Below are positions 11,788-24,780 of a DNA stretch of 64,000 nt, in pieces. This DNA is from Elsinoe ampelina. Its lineage: Eukaryota. Position 1 is the stretch's first letter, and each line of letters begins with the position of its first letter. The notes under the pieces are model-generated. The model was not told the origin of the DNA and ran no database searches. It was given only the letters and a program-made list of their open reading frames with translations. The stretch is from NCBI GenBank assembly GCA_010093995.1, contig ML992513.1, positions 617,203-681,202 on the forward strand, read 5' to 3'. The translations under genes and the position numbers were made by a program.

Positions 11788-12729
11788 GCTGGCGGCTGGA
11801 CCTGGCGGGAACAGTGGGTGTTGCTCACAGCACAGCAGATGGGCATGAGTGAGAAGATATGTTATGCCCTTTCGACTTACGTGGATGTCCAGGTGAGACA
11901 CGCAGGGCACGTATAGAGTTATGGTGTAGGGCACAGTCAGGGGCAGTGTTGCTTCGTGTCGAATTGACCATGATGACCACCATACACTGCGGCTTCTGAT
12001 GACTGAGATATCAGCAGGTCAGCATGTGTCAAGGAGTTTTGTAGGACTCTAAAGCGTTCAGAGCTTGTCTGACAGCTGCAGCCCGGTCAACGACTCCTCC
12101 GACAACGTCAATCTAAGACACTATTGTAGCAATACCAGTCTGGAGACGAATCGACCGTTGAAAATACAACATGGATGTGAAAGTACTACCACATGAGTAT
12201 CATAAGTTATTGGTTGGACGGGTCATTCACTGGCCCACTGAATAATTGCTGTAGCTCGTTCTTCGGCGACCTCGCTGGCACTGGGACTCGAGGCATGCGG
12301 GGTTTTCCCGTCTGTCTCTGCCGTCTGGTGAGAATACAGCAGGGCAAGAATGGACCCGCTTGTGGATCTGCAGGTCAGGTATGAGTACGTTATGTTGGTA
12401 TATTCCGCTGGTAGGACAATTCGAAGCTCATGAAGTTGCAGAAATACTCCGTCGTCAAAGACGAGATGCCACCAGTGAGGCTGGACCCTGGCTGTCCGAT
12501 CCCGAAGCGGAAAAGATCGACAGGCACCCCTCCGGGCATGCTTTTCTTCCTCCGCACCCTCTCCAGCATCTCCACTTTGCACTGCAGCCCGACTTTGACG
12601 TTTCCACGACTCCACGAGCGATTTTGATATGCACTCCGCTCCAAAGACGTCTAGCCGCATGTGCATCAATAGGTATAAGTCAAGTCTCTGGTAGGTCCAT
12701 CAAGCACTTTCCTACCACTCCCCCTCAAC

Positions 12730-14118
12730 ATGGCCGTCTCCAAACTCCTCACCCTCTCCACCATCCTAGGCGCCACCACCGCCCTCATCCCCCAAGATGG
12801 CAGCACCGGCCGCCTCCCCGCCATGGGCTGGAACAACTGGAACGAATACGAATGCAACATCAACGAAACCGTCTTCCTCACGGTCGGCAAACTCCTCATC
12901 GACCTCGGCCTCAAAGACCTAGGCTACGAATACGTCAACATCGACGACTGCTGGTCCAACAAAACCCACCCGCGGGACCCCACCACCAACGAACTCACCC
13001 CGGACCTCGAAAAATTCCCCCTCGGCATCTCCCACGTCGCCTCGTCCATCCACGCCCTCGGCCTCAAACTCGGCATCTACTCGGACGCCGGCGCCACCAC
13101 GTGCGCAGGCTACGCCGGCTCCCTCGGCCACGAAGACATTGACGCCACCACCTTTGCGTCCTGGGGCATCGACTACCTCAAGTACGACAACTGCGCCGTG
13201 CCTCGCGAATGGTACGATCCCTACCGATGGTGGCCCGAGAACTGGTTCGGTGGGCCTCCCGCAGAAAACCAGACTATAGGCGGAGACAGCGAGTCAGCCC
13301 CCATCCCCGCGCCGGACGGGTACGATTGGTCCACTTCCCCGTCGTACAAGCGGTACGAAGCCATGAGTCTGGCGCTGGGGAAGCAGGCGCGCACCGTCCA
13401 GTACAGCCAGTGCGCGTGGGGCCACGCGCATATCGACCAGTGGGGGAACAGGACCGGGCAGAGCTGGAGGATGTGGGGCGATATATACCCCGTCTGGACG
13501 GGGACGTACCAGTGGTCCTGGGGGCTGATGCCGATCCTCAACCACGCGAGTTTCTTCACCTCGGCGACGAATTTTTTCGGCCGGTCGGATTACGACATGC
13601 TTGAAGTCGGGAACGGGAACCTGACCATCGAGGAGAATCGGAGCCATTTCGCGTACTGGGCAGGTCTAAAGAGCCCGCTTATCATAGGCACCCCCCTCGA
13701 TGGCATCAGGCCCGAAATCCTCCAGATCTTGAGCAACAAAGCCCTCGTCGACTTCAACCAAGACCCCGTGGTGGGACAGAGCATCAAGCCCTACAAATGG
13801 GGCGTCAACGAGTGGGGGACCTGGAACCAGAGCCATCCGGCCGAGTACTGGTCCGGTCTCTCCTCCAAGGGAGCGCATGTCTTCATCTTGAACACACTGG
13901 AAGAGGCAGGGGATAGGGAGGTGGTGTTTGCTGAGGTGCCCGAGTTGAAGGGGTGTGGGCGGTGGAGGGTCACGGATATGTGGACTGGGGAGGAGAAGGG
14001 GGTGTTTGAGGAGAGGTTCACGGTGGAGCGGTTGGCGAGGCATGATACTGCTGCGTTGATGTTTGTTAAGGCTGAGGAGGAAGGGGACAGGAGAAGGGAT
14101 AGGGAGTTGAAGGTGTGA
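12730..14118 (+). CDS. Secreted alpha-galactosidase, glycoside hydrolase family 27
   Basis: Signal peptide; PAMGWNNWN, YVNIDDCW, LKLGIYSDAG, IDYLKYDNC (nucleophile), SWRMWGDI, DYDMLEVGNG. Confidence 0.95.
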   Translation: MAVSKLLTLSTILGATTALIPQDGSTGRLPAMGWNNWNEYECNINETVFLTVGKLLIDLGLKDLGYEYVNIDDCWSNKTHPRDPTTNELTPDLEKFPLGISHVASSIHALGLKLGIYSDAGATTCAGYAGSLGHEDIDATTFASWGIDYLKYDNCAVPREWYDPYRWWPENWFGGPPAENQTIGGDSESAPIPAPDGYDWSTSPSYKRYEAMSLALGKQARTVQYSQCAWGHAHIDQWGNRTGQSWRMWGDIYPVWTGTYQWSWGLMPILNHASFFTSATNFFGRSDYDMLEVGNGNLTIEENRSHFAYWAGLKSPLIIGTPLDGIRPEILQILSNKALVDFNQDPVVGQSIKPYKWGVNEWGTWNQSHPAEYWSGLSSKGAHVFILNTLEEAGDREVVFAEVPELKGCGRWRVTDMWTGEEKGVFEERFTVERLARHDTAALMFVKAEEEGDRRRDRELKV

Positions 14119-14474
14119 GTGGGGGAACGCAGAAGGAAGGACGTTCGCATGATTGGTAAGGGGACTGGATAGTGTCGAAAGCTTCATTGAACTTTATACA
14201 TCAAGATATCTATCATCCCTGTGTCATTTTGTGCGTAACATGTCTCGTAAGGAGTGTCGTGAAATGGGCAAGAAAATGGGTATCATAATGAGTGTCATGT
14301 TCCGTAAGGAGGGTATCGAATGCGCCGTCCCCCATGAAATGTGAACCTGCGTGCAGTGTCCGTCTGTCGTCGCAGGAAATGAAGCTCCAGAAATAAGTCA
14401 AACATTAGAACTGACTCGAAACTCTGGGGAATTTCCGGTTCTGGATATACAAATGAAATGCTGATCGTATGTGC

Positions 14475-15745
14475 TCACAGCGCAGCTGCGGCGATGCCAA
14501 GAGCAATGGCTACGCTTCCAAGCCACATCAAGCTCTTGTCTGAGCTTAAGCGAGGTGCTAGACCAGTGAATTGTGGAGGTAAGCTTGAGACGCCAGATGG
14601 AGGACCTGTTCTAGTGGCATTGACAATAGCAGTCCGGCTGGTCGTACTGGTACTTGTGATGATGAGAGTGCTGGCGCTGGCGCTGACGGCGGATGTGATT
14701 GTGGTGATGGTAGGGACGAGATCACCAGACACGGGTAAAGCAGTAAACCCAGCGGTGACGGTCAAAGAAACGCCGGGAAGGACGGAGGTAAAGTCCTCGA
14801 TCGGGATAGTCGTCGACCCAACGACGATGCTCTCTGTGTTTGGCGGCACCGAGACTTCAATCCCGGACACAGTGACAGGTGGTCCTCCAAGTGTCGCGGT
14901 CTGGGTGCCCATGCCCATTGAGATGACCAAAGATGTAGACAGCTCAGCAGAGGTCGATGGCAGCACTGGTTGAGGAGTATTCTCAGGTGGATTGAGCTCC
15001 GAAGTCTCCACTGGTGTAGGAAGCGAGCTCACTGATGAAGGCTCATCGAGAGATATGCTTGTAGTGGTGGTGGTCGAAATAGGTGGCGGTGGAGGCGGAG
15101 TAGTAGTAGTAGTAGTAGACTGTGCCGGTGTCGTAGTTGGTGAGGGTGAGGGTGATGTAGTCGTCGGAGATGTTGTGGAGGGAGAAGGTGAAGGTGATGT
15201 TGTCGACGGTGGCTGAGGCGTCGTTGTAAGCGGAGGCGCTGAAGATGTGGTCACAATGATTGTACTATTCTGCGAACTTGTCTCAGTATCATCGCCGCTG
15301 GCTGTCGTACTCTGCGCCGTTGTGGTGGATGTGGTAGAGGTCAGGGTTACGAGGCTTGTGCTCTCTTCGACCGCTGAGGAGGAGGAATTCGTCGCGAGTG
15401 CGCTGAAGCTACCCGGCGTGGGTATGCTCGGAGGGGCAGGGGAGGGTTCGGGGGTGGTGACGGTCTCGGTGGAGGTGGAGGTGAGGAAGGGGCTCGTGGT
15501 ATTTACATCGGCCAAGGCGTTTACTACGAGCGAGGGAGCTTGTGAATTCACGCTACTTTGCGCTGCAGCTAAGCTCGAAGAGACTTGAGCGGCGGACTCT
15601 GAGACTGCAAGTATGTTTGCGACTATGCCCGAAGCTGTCGCTTCAGCCACTGAGCTGACATTGAAAGCTGGAAAGAGTGTCATTAGCTTGCTACACATGC
15701 GCAACTATGCTGTCGCTGGTCCGTGTAGGTCTACTCACTTGCCAT
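14475..15745 (-). CDS. Mucin-like Ser/Thr/Pro-rich surface protein with hydrophobic C-terminus
   Basis: About 400 codons of S/T/P-rich sequence ending LMWLGSVAIALGIAAAAL*. Predicted first exon ATGGCAA (15739-15745) and intron 15668-15738 (GTGAGT..GCTAAT..CAG). 5' end uncertain. Confidence 0.65.
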
Positions 15746-16991
15746 GATCAGAGTTGAGCTCAATCATAAATCTGCAATCCAGGGTACAGTCGCAGAGAAA
15801 GAGAAAACAAACCTGCGGGCCCACCTTGTCCTATGTACATCTCACTAGCCCACGGACCAATTCAATGGTACCCTCATGCTGATGGCATTGGCTCTCGTGT
15901 ACCTGAGGTCTCCGCTCATGATCAGCACCGCGCATTGCCAAACTGCGTTCCCGGTGCAGGCGAGGTAGCATACGCCTTGATGTCCAAGTAAGCCACAAGC
16001 AGGGCAAGAAGGGCAAAGAGCGCAAGAAGCGGGCCGAGGCGGCATGTTTCTGGAAGCATGATTGGGGCCTGAAGAGGATAGCTGCATTGGTAGTGAGGAG
16101 ACTATTGGGCAATCTGCCGGTGGGATTCTTGGTGGCCTGGTGGTGGACTGGACGGAGGCGGTCAGACCAGTCAGCATTCGACCGGAGCTGGGCGATGGGG
16201 AGGATCTCGACGAGTTGGATATTGCTCCGGTCGTGATACTCACAGGTTTAGCCGGAGATTCCGGGTCAGGTGAAGGGGGTGCATGCGGCGCGGTTTGTCT
16301 TTCAGCAGGTCGTCGAATGGTATGCTGGACAAGACGCCATCTGCGTGGAGGAGCTGTCAGATGCGGTCTAGCCCCCAAGGCAATCGCACCAAGATCAGCG
16401 ACCAGAACGAGTGGTCCCGCCGCCTGATCCTGGACAAAGGTCCTTCGACTGCGACCTTCTCTTATCGTCTGGCGCCACTCGATAGATTTGTTCTCTTGAC
16501 CGGCACGTTCGCCAAGGGGGCGCGAAATGTTGCTCAAATGTCGAGATCTGCAATGCTTTCTTCTTTGTTGAGATGCACCAGAGCAAAAGCCATGTTTGCC
16601 TGATTTCACTCGCCATCAGAGATCGATAACCGAGGTTCCGGAGCTCGGGCCACGCTGTGGAACAGTTCTCCGAGCAATCAGCGACTTCACCTGATTCATG
16701 GCATTCGGCGTGGCGCGTTTGTGCTTGCAGTGGGTGTACTTCATTGCTACCACTACTTCACGATATCTCCTTGAGGCGACTGTATGACTATTTGACACTG
16801 TCATTCATTCTCTCATCCCGCATGCCTGTGTGCTTGTCACCTCCGAGCGATGGCCACCGACAACCCGCCTTGCCACCTCGCGCAAAGTAACACCCATCTA
16901 GACGTGCTCTCCCCAGTTGATTGAACTTCCCACGGCCATCGTCATTTCTCTGGTCGTGGATGGTAGTGATGCTTGCAATGTTTGCTACCGC

Positions 16992-17778
16992 TCACGAATC
17001 CTCTGGCTCTTTGTACATCTTCGCCAGACGTGCGTCTTCCCACTCTGCACAGCCAAGTCAGTCAGTTGTCTCGTTGCCGTTGGTCCCACTCACCATTCAG
17101 TTCCTTCTCCAGGCGCTTCTTGGTCCTGCCACTGATTTTGAAATCGATCCTTCTCGCCAGCTTAAGCTTGCTCCATTCACGAATCAATGCCTGCCAACGA
17201 TCTGGGAAAGCCTTCTTGTCTTCCTCCGCCAGCTTGTCTCCCTTGACGAGCTCGATCGAAAGATTGTCCATACCTTCGCAGAAACCGGATGCCGTCATCA
17301 TCAGCTGAAACTTGTCGAACCAAGCCGGATCTTTGGCATTGAGCTTGATGGTCAGGTTCTGAACCATGCCGAACAACATCCTCGGCTGTGTGTAGAAGAA
17401 GTTCTCGAAAGGTGCGGTATGAATGGTGAACTTCATGTCCTGGTATAGATACGGCAGAACTTCGACATAGAGCTCTTTGGACACCCTCGCCAGTGACCAC
17501 AAGGTCTGATTGCACCTTCCTCGGATGAAGCAGAAGGTCTTCGTGAAGTGATTACGGAGGTACTCGACGGAGTGCGTAACGTCGGAGTTGTTTGCCGCGA
17601 CGAGCTTGTACACCATATGCCTGATCTCTGGAGGGAATCGCAGAAATCGGAAGCCGTTCGTGCGTTGGGCGGCATGTCGAAGCTCACGGATCTCTGTTGC
17701 CTTGAGGGGTGTCCGGGTGCGTAGACGAAGAGGAGGCTTCTTGGTCAGCGAGGGAGAGCCTTCGGGAGGAGACGCCAT
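16992..17778 (-). CDS. F-box-like protein, paralogue 5
   Basis: FRFLRFPPEIRHMVY and LARVSKELYVEVLPYLY. Phase-1 intron 17045-17093, then EWEDARLAKMYKEPEDS*. Confidence 0.75.
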
Positions 17779-18453
17779 GATAGCTGAAGCTTGCGTGTTG
17801 GTAGCCTGAGATTGAGCGTTAGTATGAGCTTCGAAACGATGCGCCAGTGAGCAGCAGCAGCGCAGTCGCAATCGAACAGGTGAGGTTTTTTGAGGAGGAA
17901 GAGGTGAAGTCCTGGAAGGAGGCAGAGGTGTAGGAGACTGAAAAAAAGTGGAGCCTGATACAGCAGCGATCACGAGCTACAACTCACTGCACCTTCACTT
18001 GAGTGACTTGCACACGAGAAGCAATGCACCGAAGACACTGCCACGGGTAGGTTGCTTCTCTCCTGCTATCAGAGTCCGATATATGCACAAGAAGGATGCC
18101 GGCATCGATGCTAAGATCATGGCAGATTGCTTCGTTCCAGCCAACGTCTGAGAGATGGTGATACGAAGAGCACCGGTGTTAACATCACACTATGAGATCA
18201 CCCCTCGCCTTTCCAAGCGCTGCTGTCAGCTCTCTCTTAAATTAGAGGCCTGTCAATCCCACCGTCCCACCATCGCCACTCGACCATAAGAATTTCTCCA
18301 ATCTTCATCATCTCAAGGGCCTGCCATCCTGTCATCTGCATTGATGCCGCCAGATGAGCTTGCAGTAGGTCCCATATCTCGCTATCTTTGCCTCAAACCC
18401 TACAAGATCCGCCTAGTTTGCTTGAGGAGCGATCCCTTGCCTCCGTGCGTGAC

Positions 18454-19378
18454 CTAGGTATCTCCAGAAGCAAGCGCCGCCAAACGTTCATCCTCATTCC
18501 CTATTCTGTGTCAGCCTGTAATTTCTTGTTCCCCCGAACTACATACTTTCGAGCTCCCTGATCATCTGCTTTCGCCCTCCGGCGTACTGGATACGATTCG
18601 GCAACTGCACCGATCTGAGGGCCAGCATGAAGCGGTCCCACTCCGCCCAGAAAAGCGCCCTGATATGGGAATTCCAGGAAATTTGTCGTTTGAAGGTCAA
18701 CTTGAGTTGCCTGCGGCTGTGTTGGTGCTGCATCCTGTGGATGATGTCGATCGTGTGATCGCACCAGCCGTCGTGGTCGATGAAGATGGTGAGCCTGAGA
18801 TCCTGCACCATCTCGAAGTCAATACCTGGCATGGTAAATGAAACACCGGATGTAGCGTCCGGAATAAGTTTTGCTAAGAAATGATCCCCAGCCACAGCGT
18901 AGCGGTTGCCGAAGGTCTGCATGGTGATGTAGAACGTCACACCGCGGTAGAGATACTGCTCGCACATCTCCTGTCGAATCGCCTTGCTGGTCCTGGAGAG
19001 ACTGCACAGATGCTGATTGGCCCTACCTTGACGGAAGTCGTACTTGTTGCGATCGCGGTCGTGAATGTGGGTGTAGATGACGCGTTTCACGACATGCTCG
19101 TCGGCATCTGCAGCCAAGTCATCGTAGACCATGAACCGCAGTTCGATCGGCAGGTCGAGGAAGCGGAACCCGAGAGATGAATCCTCATCCGGTAGGATTG
19201 AACCTCTGCTGAACACATCTGTATCTGACATTCGAGGCCTGGTATGCTCGCCCACTACAGTCTGCATTGTCAGCTGTGACGCAATCGCCGCCTCCTCTTG
19301 CGACTCGCTTCCTGTGGACGGAGATGTAGAAGAGGGAGAAGAGTGAGCGCTGGAGTGAACAGACGCTGAAGATCCCAT
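18454..19378 (-). CDS. F-box-like protein, paralogue 6
   Basis: FRFLDLPIELRFMVY and LSRTSKAIRQEMCEQYLY. Shares F..GR.NQ.L.SL.R.SK with paralogue 5. Phase-1 intron 18501-18546, then RNEDERLAALASGDT*. Confidence 0.75.
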
Positions 19379-20135
19379 GGCGATGCTAGTGAGGACTACC
19401 TAAGGTACAACGATAGTATATGGTGATCTGGCGACTTTGAGGATGATATGATATTGATCTTTGTGTGTCAAGATCGGAATGGCAATGGGAATAGACAGAT
19501 CGCGGAGGACTTTGAGTGAGAGGATAGGAAGAGTAGAAGATGATACTCCCTTGCGGTAGGTATCGTGACTGTAGGTAAACAGGCACGCCGTCTGAAAGAT
19601 GTCCGTTGACGTGCGAGAATGGAAAGGCTTTTTAGCACGGCTGTACAGAAGCAAAGCAGAGTGGAGAGTACTCGAACAGGAAGAGTCACAGACAACAAGG
19701 ACAAGATACAAAGACATTGGTTCGGAACATAATAATAGACAAATGAATTCAGTCTCAGATCTGGTTAGAAAAACTGTCTGCACAGTACAGCATCCGAGGA
19801 TGCGACGTGAGATCTGTTTCTTGAGTATCATCAACGACTGAAGGCCAGGTCCAGGTCCAGGTCCGGTCGGATCATCCAGTGTCGAGAGGGCTAAAGGGGG
19901 TCCCAGGATCCACCCATCCACTACCAATCATACCAGCAAACAGTCCATCTCAGCAACCCATCCATCCATCAACCCGTCAATCGCCCCTCAAGACCCAGCA
20001 GACCCTCAAGCCCATCAAATACCAGCCATCAACCCATCCAAAGCCCTCGTCCAGCCCAAGCGACCTCCTCCACCGGTCGATACCTGTTGGAAAGTCGAAA
20101 GTCGAGAACCGAGCGTTGGTAGTTCGAAGTCGAGA

Positions 20136-20275
20136 TCCGAGCGTTGGTAGTCCGAGCGATGGTAGTCCGAGCGATGGTAGTCCGAGCGATGGTAGTCCGA
20201 GCGATGGTAGTCCGAGCGATGGTAGTCCGAGAGATGGTAGTCCGAGCGATGGTAGTCCGAGCGATGGTCGTCCGA
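20136..20275. repeat. 15-bp minisatellite (GGTAGTCCGAGCGAT)n
   Basis: Eight full units at 20146-20265 (one carries a C>A change) plus partial units on both sides, flanked by degenerate GAAGTCGA motifs. Confidence 0.95.
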
Positions 20276-21289
20276 AGTCGAGAAGTCGAAGATCGAAGAG
20301 TCGAGAGTCCAGAAGTCCAGGAGTCGAAGTGTCAAAGTCGTCCTTTTGACATGCCGAGGTCGAAATCGATCCAGTGAGCGGCGCCCTCAGACCGCTATCA
20401 GAGCAACAAGTGTCGACACCACTGAGAAATGACTTTGATGGCCTGGGAGAATCTGGCTTCAACCAAAAATGCGCTCCGAGGGCGAACCCAGAGGCACCAG
20501 AAACATCCCAAGGTGCATCCATACATCACTCCCTGCCACCCTCCGCAAAATCCATTGCGAATCCCATGACGGTGAGGTAGTGCAGAACTCGGCAACTGAC
20601 CAACTCCGAAGAGAAAGATCACTGGACGCTCCCAGGGGTATGCTCAAGGCAAGCCCGCCATCAAAGCTTCTGTTAGCCCCACCGTTTTTCCCATGCTCAA
20701 AGCAACCTGGTGACCATCGCCAATGGCATGCTCGGGGTGGAGGAATTACGGCGTAGACGCTCATCCACAGTTACCTGAACCTGTAACCACTTGAACACGA
20801 GGAGCAAGTGTGGCATGCATGCCATGTGGAGAGTACGCCTGTAACCGCTCAGCGAAACAAGAAAGTGAGGAGAAGAAGAGAGGGTTTGTGGAGGGGGGGA
20901 AAGGTGCATTTATACCCTCCATGTGAAAATGAGAAATGCCGCATGAGTCAGTAATGTGCCGACGAGGAGGCTGGGTGATGCCTGGAGAAGTCGTCATAGT
21001 CACCTCGTCGTCGGCTGTGATTACCAGAAAGAGCAATTTTCACGTGACAGCGACCTTCACATGCAAGCAAGTTTTGCCACGTAGCCAATGAGCTGCGCCC
21101 GATCGTGGATAAAAAGTTTGCTATCCGCTCCCCAGCCATCTATTGAGGCTGTGCCTTGATTTTGCGAGCTTGACAATAGACCCGAGGGAGCGGAACTATT
21201 GTTCGTTGTGAAATTGCTAGCGGAGCAAGCCTTCTCGGTGAGGACGATCGCCGATGGCACCGAGCAACTCAGATAGGAGGCATGTGACA

Positions 21290-22579
21290 CTACCACTGTA
21301 GTACACCTCTATATCGCATCCGTCCAGTCTCTAGTCGTTGGAACGCAGCTTGAATGCCCTCAAGCGACATGGGAAATGTCTCAACCCATGGTTTGACGTG
21401 ATTGCGAGCAGCGAACTCAAGCATTTCAAGGTGATTCTTCCTCGACGCTTCCGTGGACGAGATGATGCGGTGACCAGGCAGGATGAAAGGCATGTAAGGA
21501 ATGCTCAATGGCTTAGTCTGGATCGTCATGAGCACAATCCGCGCCATACGGTCAAGCAGTGGTAGAACATTGAACCAGTCTGGCAGCTCGTTCGAGCAGA
21601 CCAAAAGCACATTGATCTTCTTGTCCGGCTCTGGCTCCTCTCCATCAGCTATTTCGATAGGACCATCGGCAGTGGTGTACAGCTCATCGATCCTCCCAGC
21701 TATACACCTTGCTTCATCAACTCCCAGGTCGAAAGCGTCCTTGACTTTCTGAGGAGTTGGCTTGCCAGAAGCAAACAAGGCTGTCACTCCGCAGCCCATG
21801 GCTTTGGCAAACAGGACCGCCATGTGTCCGAGACCGCCGATGCCGACCACCCCGACCCGATCAGACGGCTTAGTTCCAGCAGCATCCAGGGCTTCGTACA
21901 CCGATGCTCCAGCACACATGAAAGGGCCAGCATCGACGGATGATATGGATTCTGGAATGCGGTACGCGAATTCGGCATTGATGATGCGGTAGTTGCCAAA
22001 AGCTCCTTGATCCAGGTCGGAGAATGCAAAGCCACGAGCATCTGCACAGTACTGGCGATATCCAGAGAGGCAGGACGAACAGGCTCCGCAGGACTGCAGC
22101 TTGGATCAGAGGGAAGGACAAGGGGAATGTGGTTTGAGAATCGCGTGTATGATGGAAGAGGGGCATAGGAAGAGTAAACGACACAAGAGACAATCTTACC
22201 TCATGGAGCCATCTGTCAAAAATGTCAACATATATGCACCGACGACAAGTACGAGAGTAATCATTTGCACTGCCGGAGAGGAGGCTTACCCCCATCCGAC
22301 GCGGTCACCAGCTTTCAAGCTCCTGACAGCAACTCCTGTCTTCTCCACTATCCCGACTCCTTCGTGTCCCAGTCCACAGCCTCTTGTCTTTGCATGCACA
22401 TCAGTATAGCAAAGTCCCGAGTGTGTCGTCTTGATTAGGACATCGCTGGGACCAATGCCTCGCTTCGTAGAGAGCTTCGTGTATCGCTTCTCACGAGGAT
22501 CAAATGCAAAACATTCGAGGAAATGTGTCTCGCCATCATGGAGCTCAGAAGACGACATTTCCGGTGCTGAAGATGACAT
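21290..22579 (-). CDS. Zinc-dependent (NADP/cinnamyl-type) alcohol dehydrogenase, MDR superfamily
   Basis: GLCYTD, LGHEGVG, GDRVGWG, structural-Zn CGACSSC..YC, MCAGASVY, GIGGLGH, RYRGVL. Exons 22290-22579, 22200-22212 (13 nt) and 21290-22093. Confidence 0.93.
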
Positions 22580-22781
22580 GTGAAAGTTGTGGCGACAGCA
22601 TTACGATGTGAAGTCGGGATTCCGTCCTGCGGCTTGCGTCGGCCCACTCAAGCTTTTGACCGAGCAGCCAATCGGAGCGCAGCCTTTGTTTTCGGAAATG
22701 GATGGGGCGAGCGGCGACTTTTCTGAGCAACCACGAACAACCTCAACCAACACTCATCTCATCTTCCACCTAAGACACACC

Positions 22782-24079
22782 ATGGCGACCCTACGACCTG
22801 CCAGCCGCCGGCTGCTATCCTCCGCCGAGCTATGCCGCCGACCAGTCCACCCCAACTGCCTCCTCCGCCGCCCCTTCGCCACAGCCATCGACGCACCACC
22901 CCCGCCAACGACAACCAGCACCCGACCCCGACCCACCACCACCTTCAGCAACCGCCTCAACGCCGGCCCCTCCTTCAACGAGTTCGTCTCCGGCGACGAC
23001 GCCCCTACCCTCTCCGTCTCCGACTCCCTCGAACTCCGCACCGTCGAAGTCGGCCCCGCCGGCCGCAAACGCACCCACACCCGCCTACCAAGCTGGCTGA
23101 AGACCCCCATCCCTTCCAACGAGAACTTCAAAAAGATAAAGTCCGACCTGCGCGGCCTCAACCTCCACACTGTCTGCGAAGAAGCCCGATGTCCCAACAT
23201 CTCCGACTGCTGGGGCGGGAGCAACAAGTCCGCTGCGACGGCGACCATCATGTTGATGGGCGACACGTGTACACGAGGATGCAGGTTTTGCAGCGTCAAG
23301 ACGTCGCGGGCGCCGCCGCCTTTGGATCCGCATGAGCCGGAGAACACGGCGGAAGCGCTGAAGAGGTGGGGGTTGGGGTACGTGGTGTTGACCAGTGTGG
23401 ATAGGGATGATCTTGCGGATGGAGGGGCGAGGCATTTTGCCGAGACGATCATGAAGATTAAGCAGAAGGCGCCGACGATGTTGGTGGAGGCGTTGACGGG
23501 GGATTATGCGGGGGATTTGGAGATGGTGGAGATGGTCGCGCGGAGTGGGTTGGACGTGTATGCGCATAATGTGGAGACGGTGGAGGAGTTGACGCCGTTT
23601 GTGAGGGATAGGAGGGCGACGTTTAGGCAGAGTTTGGCGGTGTTGGACAAGGCGAAGAAGAGCAAGGAGGGATTGATCACGAAGACGAGTATCATGCTTG
23701 GGTTGGGGGAGAAGGAGGATCAGATCTGGGCGGCTTTGAAGGGTGAGACCAAACAAAGATGATCCCAGAGGATTTTGCTAACATCAAAGCAGAGTTACGA
23801 GCGATCGACGTCGACGTCGTCACCTTCGGACAATACATGCGGCCTACGAAGAGACACATGAAGGTGGAAGAGTATGTTACACCAGAAACTTTCGAGTTAT
23901 GGCGTCAAAGAGCACTGGACCTGGGCTTCCTGTACTGCGCCAGCGGACCACTTGTACGGAGTTCATACAAGGCCGGAGAGGCATTCATCGAGAATGTGCT
24001 CAAGAAGAGGGCGAGGAAGAATGCATTAGCCACAGCGGAGGCGATGGGAGATTTCAGTCAGGCCGGCAAGTGGTCGTGA
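22782..24079 (+). CDS. LIP5: Mitochondrial lipoyl synthase
   Basis: [13 protein letters not shown], radical-[35 protein letters not shown]. Arg-rich targeting peptide. Intron 23743-23792. Confidence 0.98.
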
Positions 24080-24363
24080 TAGAGCAGGCAGATGGTACTG
24101 TATCAAGGATGTTCCCTGCGAGCAGTTCGGCCTGCATCAGTGTGAAAACGGATTCCCGGCCCCAGCCAGGCTTTCGCAATGACACGCAACTGCTGGATGG
24201 CTGGATGTTGGCTTCAGCTTCGACCTTGCTTGGATTTCGGAGAATTGGCGTTCCGTTGGTACGATGTCGATATGTGGTGCACTTGGTCCAGTCGGATCAC
24301 CGCCCAGCGCAGAGTGATAGCCATAAGCGATATGGTGGCCAGTTCAGGACCAGCTGAGTAGAG

Positions 24364-24780
24364 GTGCAGGAAAAGGAGGAAGGAGAGAGGCGGCGGCAAG
24401 TGGCCATCACACTTGCAGCTAGCAAGTCAGGCCATCCCACCAACAACGACGACCACGTCAGCGACATTGACGACGAAGAGTTATCAGGATTCCTCAGCAG
24501 TCTCGACGATGACGAGCTGCGACAGTGCGAAATATCCGGGCATGAGGCTCAGAAGCACCGACGAAGACGCAATTGTGAAGTCAGTGGCACAGGCGACGAA
24601 GATGTAGCGCAGGATGATGAAGTAACTTCCGAGGCCGCAGAATCACCCCGCGAAAGTGGACCCGAACAGCAGGGTGAAGATGAAGATGAGATTTGGGATC
24701 ATGGTGGCGATTGTGATCGTGAGCAGGACTGGGAGACCGAGGAGGAGGAAGACCAGGCCGGTGATGAAGGATCTGAATGA
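24364..24780 (+). other. Acidic low-complexity ORF, possibly a gene fragment
   Basis: 138-codon Asp/Glu-rich open frame with no clear ATG or domain. Confidence 0.25.

Noticed and set aside
12190..12700. Short overlapping ORFs upstream of the GH27 gene
   Set aside because: No motif or coherent splice model. More likely promoter and 5' UTR.
15845..16609. 254-aa minus-strand ORF with a Cys-rich stretch (possible CFEM-like N-terminus of the mucin)
   Set aside because: Cys spacing does not fit CFEM, and I could not splice it in frame to the mucin exon.
20136..20275. Repeat array as CRISPR or as a coding repeat (SDYHR, GSPSD, LGLPS)
   Set aside because: No spacers and the context is eukaryotic. 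Open frames follow from the repeat unit and lack credible starts.
21290..24079. Secondary-metabolite or catabolic gene cluster
   Set aside because: No backbone synthase, transporter or cluster regulator. The neighbours are unrelated housekeeping genes.
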